Below are positions 23,478 through 27,368 of a DNA stretch of 27,368 bases, one piece after another. Every line of letters begins with the position of its first letter. Within the stretch, counting starts at the first letter, position 1. This DNA is from a virus (lineage: Duplodnaviria; Caudoviricetes). The translations under genes and the position numbers were made by a program. Location: the IMG/VR virus record IMGVR_UViG_3300033067_000654, positions 1 through 27,368 of that record, one strand, 5' to 3'. Under the pieces are notes generated by a model. That model ran no database searches and was not told the origin of the DNA. It saw only the letters and a program-made list of their open reading frames with translations.

Positions 23478-23942
23478 TCAACTGGCGTACCAAATTTCTT
23501 TAAAGCCTTCGTCTTCTGAAGGCATATCAAAGTTTTCAATCATGCTACGCATAACATGGGCTGGGATGTTCTTGCCTGGGCGGCTAGCCAAACGACAAGC
23601 CAATTCTTCCTGCGGAGGTGTCTTAAACACCACAGCAATATGCTCATAGTCCGGCAACATGTTAAACTTACGTACACGGCTCTTGACCGAAGTACTTGTT
23701 TGGTCCCAGATTATATCGCGACCTGCTTCGCGGGCACGGGTAACCTTATCGGCCATAAGTTTGACTGCGGTGGGCATGTAATCGTCAAACACTTCCGAAT
23801 ATGTAGATCCACACTCACGGGCATAATCTTCGACAAACTCGTCAGTAGAAACAACTACGCAATCTTCAATCCAAGTTTGATTTTTAATCCAAGTACTCTT
23901 GCCCGATGCTGGGACACCAACTAGTTGATAACATTTTGGCAT
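23478..23942 (-). CDS. Polynucleotide kinase-like P-loop protein (AAA_33 type)
   Basis: GVPASGKST Walker A; STD; IIWDQT; R…R lid; EGF. Confidence 0.85.
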   Translation of the reverse strand: MPKCYQLVGVPASGKSTWIKNQTWIEDCVVVSTDEFVEDYARECGSTYSEVFDDYMPTAVKLMADKVTRAREAGRDIIWDQTSTSVKSRVRKFNMLPDYEHIAVVFKTPPQEELACRLASRPGKNIPAHVMRSMIENFDMPSEDEGFKEIWYAS

Positions 23943-23943
23943 A

Positions 23944-24177
23944 TTAACCTTTCACTCTCTTTGGTGCACCTATACGGCTAGCTTTGTTCCAGTCGTATTC
24001 TACACCGTCGGGGCAAACACCATCTTTTACTGTGTCTACACCAAACACGCCGCAGACTTCGAAGTCGGGCGATTTAATTGTTACAAAAAAACCCAACTTC
24101 TTGGCAGCAGCCATTGCCAAATCTAGAGTCAAGCACTCGCCCAACTCAACACCTACTTTGTTTATTACTTTATACAT
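23944..24177 (-). CDS. Hypothetical protein, probably leaderless
   Basis: Start MYKV at 24177, 6 nt after the -10 box. Confidence 0.72.
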   Translation of the reverse strand: MYKVINKVGVELGECLTLDLAMAAAKKLGFFVTIKSPDFEVCGVFGVDTVKDGVCPDGVEYDWNKASRIGAPKRVKG

Positions 24178-24183
24178 TTTAGC

Positions 24184-24212
24184 AGTATATAGCCAAAGTA
24201 TCAAGTTGTCAA
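24184..24212 (-). promoter_or_regulatory. sigma70-type promoter
   Basis: TTGACA-N17-TATACT. Confidence 0.75.
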
Positions 24213-24217
24213 CACCA

Positions 24218-24460
24218 TCAAACGTTATTCAGCCCAATCCTTGAGTGTGCAAACTTAGCTCTGATCTCTTTGCGACGCTCTTCGTGCCGAGTTATCAATT
24301 CCTCTGATTGTAATTCTTCATCGTTGACATCTTTCAGCGCCTCTTCGAGAGTACGACCGCAAGTGCCTACATATTGTACACCATCTTTCCAGTGGGCGTA
24401 TTTTTCAATGCCTTCGCGTACACCTGCGTAATATGCCTTGGCCAGTTGTTTCTTATTCAT
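24218..24460 (-). CDS. Hypothetical protein
   Basis: 80-aa ORF with YAHWKDGVQYVGTCG and an AGGA SD. Confidence 0.72.
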   Translation of the reverse strand: MNKKQLAKAYYAGVREGIEKYAHWKDGVQYVGTCGRTLEEALKDVNDEELQSEELITRHEERRKEIRAKFAHSRIGLNNV

Positions 24461-24461
24461 A

Positions 24462-24665
24462 TCATCGTCCTACTGCAATCATTCGAACTCGCAATGCGTT
24501 CAAGCTGGTTTGGATATCAGTCAATTCAGTCAGTGCTTTTGTGTAATGGCCGTTGGTGTGTTTCTCATGACTCATCTTACGATCCACGCCCATAGCCATC
24601 TTTGTTGCTGCAATGGCAGAGTCAACTGCTTCGATTCGGGCGTCTAGTTTTTCCAAATCTGTCAT
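24462..24665 (-). CDS. Hypothetical helical protein
   Basis: 67-aa ORF in operon context. Confidence 0.7.
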   Translation of the reverse strand: MTDLEKLDARIEAVDSAIAATKMAMGVDRKMSHEKHTNGHYTKALTELTDIQTSLNALRVRMIAVGR

Positions 24666-24678
24666 GGCCTAACCCCCA

Positions 24679-25086
24679 TTAACTAAACACTGTTTTGGCA
24701 ATAGTAGAAGCAACCTTGCCGTCGTACTGACCAGCATAGTTCTCCTTCATAAACTTCATAAACTCTGGCATTGAACTAAATTGTTTCGCTACATCCAAAA
24801 TGGCTTGTTCAGTCATTTGAACTGGCAAGAATTGTTCTAGCACACGGCGTTCAACGAAGAAAGCAATTGCATCTTGGTTGCGGCTAGTTAGTGCCGCGAT
24901 AGTTTCGTCAATGTTTTTGACGAACTTCTTAACCACTGCTACAGCTTCTTGGTCGGTAGTTTCGCGGCCAGCATTCTTGCCAACCATTGCAGCTTCGCCC
25001 AACAGTGTAGTTAGCAGACTTGCATCAGCGGTGCCTGCTTTACGTGCAGCAATTTGCTCTGCTTTGATTTGTTCCATTAGTGTCAT
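24679..25086 (-). CDS. GatB/YqeY domain protein
   Basis: IK…..ARKA…..L..LL.E…D.E…V.KK..K…E……E…L..FLP.Q…M….G..DGK. Confidence 0.8.
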   Translation of the reverse strand: MTLMEQIKAEQIAARKAGTADASLLTTLLGEAAMVGKNAGRETTDQEAVAVVKKFVKNIDETIAALTSRNQDAIAFFVERRVLEQFLPVQMTEQAILDVAKQFSSMPEFMKFMKENYAGQYDGKVASTIAKTVFS

Positions 25087-25095
25087 TTTGTTTCC

Positions 25096-25443
25096 TTAAT
25101 TGAATGCGCTCTTACCTTGAAATTTCTTTTGCAGCCTTTGAAACTCTGCAAACTCTTTTGCCTCTTGATCGGCCTTGTTCTGCTTTTTAATTTGTTTTTC
25201 TTTCTTTTCGCGGGCTAGACGTTCTGCATATTCTTTGTCGTTTTCTTCTCGGCTCTCCCACAATTCAAGTTCCTTGTCACCGTCATAACCGCAGCTAGAA
25301 ACATTGAAGTAAACATGACGATCGGGGTATCCCGCTTGCAGTTCCTTCATGCGCTCGATGACTTCAGCTGGAGTCCGTTGATCCAGGATATCATAAAACG
25401 ATTCTTCACCCAGGCGAATATTTACAATTTTACGTTTGCTCAT
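25096..25443 (-). CDS. Hypothetical protein with a charged helical C-terminus
   Basis: 115-aa ORF with GAGG SD. Confidence 0.72.
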   Translation of the reverse strand: MSKRKIVNIRLGEESFYDILDQRTPAEVIERMKELQAGYPDRHVYFNVSSCGYDGDKELELWESREENDKEYAERLAREKKEKQIKKQNKADQEAKEFAEFQRLQKKFQGKSAFN

Positions 25444-25444
25444 A

Positions 25445-25744
25445 TTAAAACCTCACTGGCTTGGTGCCGTCAAAACCCCAATCGTCCGATGTGTAATCGT
25501 ATGCGAAGTTGTAATCTTCGCCGCGATCATAGTCGCCATCATTGTGAATATAATCATACTCGTCATTGCCAGCACGATCCTTGTTGTCTTTGTTGTAGCC
25601 GTAGCTATCAAAGCCTTCTGGATCGTACTGAACAAATTCGTCACCGGTTACATTGGCGTATGCGTATTTGGTCCACCATTCCTGGTCCTTCATGTACGCA
25701 CGGGTAACGGTTGGACTGTATTTGCCTCTCATACTGTGCTCCAT
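25445..25744 (-). CDS. Acidic Tyr/Asp-rich hypothetical protein
   Basis: YDPEGFDSYGYNKDNKDRAG, with short (Y/F)D..G-type repeats. Confidence 0.72.
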   Translation of the reverse strand: MEHSMRGKYSPTVTRAYMKDQEWWTKYAYANVTGDEFVQYDPEGFDSYGYNKDNKDRAGNDEYDYIHNDGDYDRGEDYNFAYDYTSDDWGFDGTKPVRF

Positions 25745-25995
25745 TCTTCATTCAGGCTTTTACGTGCAGCACTTGCAAATTTGCTCCAGTTGCCGCATTT
25801 ATCTTCCCAACGAAGCAGGCTACGGCAAGTGTAAGTAATGTCGCGCTTGCTCGAGCAAACTGCTTCTTGATTCACTTCACCATTTACTAACACACGGCAA
25901 TGATAGTTGCCATTGATGTTGCGAACAGTTACTTTGTGTTCAACTTCGCCCAGAATGCAACGTTGCATGCGAAGGACTTGTTTGTATCGTTCCAT
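25729..25995 (-). CDS. Hypothetical protein
   Basis: AAGGAG SD; first gene behind a consensus promoter. Confidence 0.75.
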   Translation of the reverse strand: MERYKQVLRMQRCILGEVEHKVTVRNINGNYHCRVLVNGEVNQEAVCSSKRDITYTCRSLLRWEDKCGNWSKFASAARKSLNEEWSTV

Positions 25996-26022
25996 GTTGC
26001 ACTCCTTTTGTTTAATAAGTGT

Positions 26023-26051
26023 ATTATAACGCCTTTTGGACAGATTGTCAA
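26023..26051 (-). promoter_or_regulatory. Consensus sigma70 promoter
   Basis: TTGACA-N17-TATAAT. Confidence 0.85.
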
Positions 26052-26096
26052 CTGAATTTGTGTCGTGTTTATTTCGATGTTGTCATAAATAATGCT

Positions 26097-26792
26097 ATGG
26101 AACCGCTATTTAAAACAAACAAATATTCAACTTGGTATTTTGATATAGTACAAAATGCTAGATTAGATGTCCGAGCAAAAGGCGACGGGAAATATTACGA
26201 GTTGCACCACATTGTGCCAAGATCATTTGGCGGGTCAAATAAAAAAGAAAATTTAATTTTGCTCACTGCCCGAGAACATTTCTTGTGTCACTTATTATTA
26301 CCTAAAATGATGATAGATCCGATCAAAGCAGGAAAAATGGTATACGCATTTTTCCGTATGAAGAATAAACACAAGAATAGTAAAATTTTTGATCGATTTC
26401 GCACCTCGTACGGTCTGCTAACAACTGGTGAAAATAATCCTTTTTATGGCAGAACGCATACTGCCGAGACAAAGGAGAAAATTTCTAGGCTAGGAAAGTA
26501 CCATTCTATCGAATCTCGGCAAAAAATGAGTGAGTGCAAAAAGGGCAAAAACACTGGGGCAGAAAACCATATGTACGGTAAAGTACATCCACAAGAATGG
26601 CGAGACGCACATTCTGCTAGGCTGTCTGGGGAGAATCACTTTAATTTTGGGAAGGATGCATTTACCAAAGGCAGAGTCTGGGTTAACAATTCTATTGAAT
26701 CAAAAATGGCCAGCCCAGACGATGTGCCTTTGCTTATTGCAAACGGGTGGGTTAAAGGCCGTTTACCAAAGCAAATCAAAGTTGCCAGATAG
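26097..26792 (+). CDS. HNH homing endonuclease with NUMOD3 motifs
   Basis: ELHHIVPRSFGGSN..ENLI.LTAREHFLCH; GENNPFYG.TH..ETK; GW.KGR. Start at 26097, 5 nt after CATAAATA. Confidence 0.9.
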   Translation: MEPLFKTNKYSTWYFDIVQNARLDVRAKGDGKYYELHHIVPRSFGGSNKKENLILLTAREHFLCHLLLPKMMIDPIKAGKMVYAFFRMKNKHKNSKIFDRFRTSYGLLTTGENNPFYGRTHTAETKEKISRLGKYHSIESRQKMSECKKGKNTGAENHMYGKVHPQEWRDAHSARLSGENHFNFGKDAFTKGRVWVNNSIESKMASPDDVPLLIANGWVKGRLPKQIKVAR

Positions 26793-27368
26793 TACTTTTT
26801 TAACTGAACTCTTTAATCCGGTTCTGTGGTCAGTTACAACATCGTCTTGGAAGCGATAAGTGCGAATTTTGTCTCCTCGCATTCCTGATCCGACTTGAGA
26901 TTTTCTGTCCGCAGACAACTGTTTAACTACAGCATTGGCAAAATGCTGCTCAACTCGGATTAAAATAGCATCCAACGCTTGCTTATGACTGCTTAATCGG
27001 TCTCTGGTTTGGGCAGTTGCTACAGTTCCAGTGGGAACGTGAGTTATTCTACAAGAATTCATTACTTTATTCCTGTTCTGTCCGCCAGCGCCAGTTCCCG
27101 AATACCATTCAATCCGTAGGTCTTTTTGATCTAGTTTAAACTTGGGTTTACTAGGATCAATTACTGCTACGGTTACTGTGCTGGTGTGAACGCGGCCTTT
27201 ACGTTCTGTGGGTGGTACACGCTGTATTCGGTGCCCCCCGGGCTCATTTTCTAAGCCGGATAAATCATCGCCTTGGACTTCTAGACTGCATTCGCCAAGA
27301 CGTACATCTATCAGGCGGGTAGTTCAGCCGAGGCGTTGCGCCATTCGGGTATAAGCGTCTGCCAAATC
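26763..27368 (-). CDS. prfA: Class I peptide chain release factor, RF1-type, with an in-frame TGA at 27326-27324; 5' end outside the window
   Basis: The frame reads DLADAYTRMAQRLG*TTRL…EPGGHRIQRVPPTERKGRVHTSTVTVAV…GAGGQNRNKV…KIRTY.F…VTDHR; PxT specificity and GGQ motifs are intact. Confidence 0.85.

Noticed and set aside
25436-25834. 132-aa hydrophobic plus-strand ORF resembling a membrane protein
   Set aside because: Its hydrophobicity is the antisense consequence of the Asp/Tyr/Asn-rich minus-strand gene.
26052-26096. Third copy of the endonuclease leader motif before the last HNH gene
   Set aside because: The CACG, TCTAA and CAGC linkers and the stems are absent; the ATG follows the late box directly.
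18909-26792. Group I introns or inteins hosting the endonucleases
   Set aside because: The nucleases are antisense to, and outside of, intact neighbouring genes. No split gene or intron core was seen.
27324-27326. Genome-wide UGA reassignment (code 4 or 25) or selenocysteine
   Set aside because: Many genes end at TGA with ATGA overlaps right after conserved C-termini. The position corresponds to Trp rather than Cys, and no Sec machinery is visible.

Overview
This is a gene-dense segment of a large, T4-like or jumbo-type bacteriophage genome in genetic code 11; a proteobacterial host is inferred from the omega, IF-1 and PBP7-like genes. Nearly all genes are on the minus strand behind near-consensus sigma70 promoters (TTGACA/T-N17-TAnAnT). 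Four plus-strand genes sit behind T4-type late-promoter boxes (TAAATA). Left to right: a truncated collagen-repeat structural protein, Fe/Mn SOD and IF-1; an ~11 kb array of about 32 small paralogous genes ending in F-x-L-[RK]-W, interspersed with a PBP7-like peptidase, a Cys-phosphatase and a WGR-domain protein; a 2OG-Fe(II) oxygenase; five tRNAs, two tRNA-sized structured elements and an RNAP omega gene; Pth2; an RNA-repair set (Rnl1-like ligase, kinase, metallophosphoesterase); a (p)ppGpp-hydrolase-like HD protein; YqeY; three free-standing homing endonucleases; and an RF1-type release factor interrupted by an in-frame UGA. The most notable observations are: (1) the LRW paralog array, whose C-terminal codons double as the next gene's initiation region; (2) a covarying structured element, probably an antisense RNA, shared by the leaders of two unrelated endonucleases; (3) the UGA at a normally Trp position of RF1; (4) a 58-nt CCA-ended mini-tRNA; and (5) an orphaned duplicate of the RNA ligase C-terminus. 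All calls were made by eye, without database searches.
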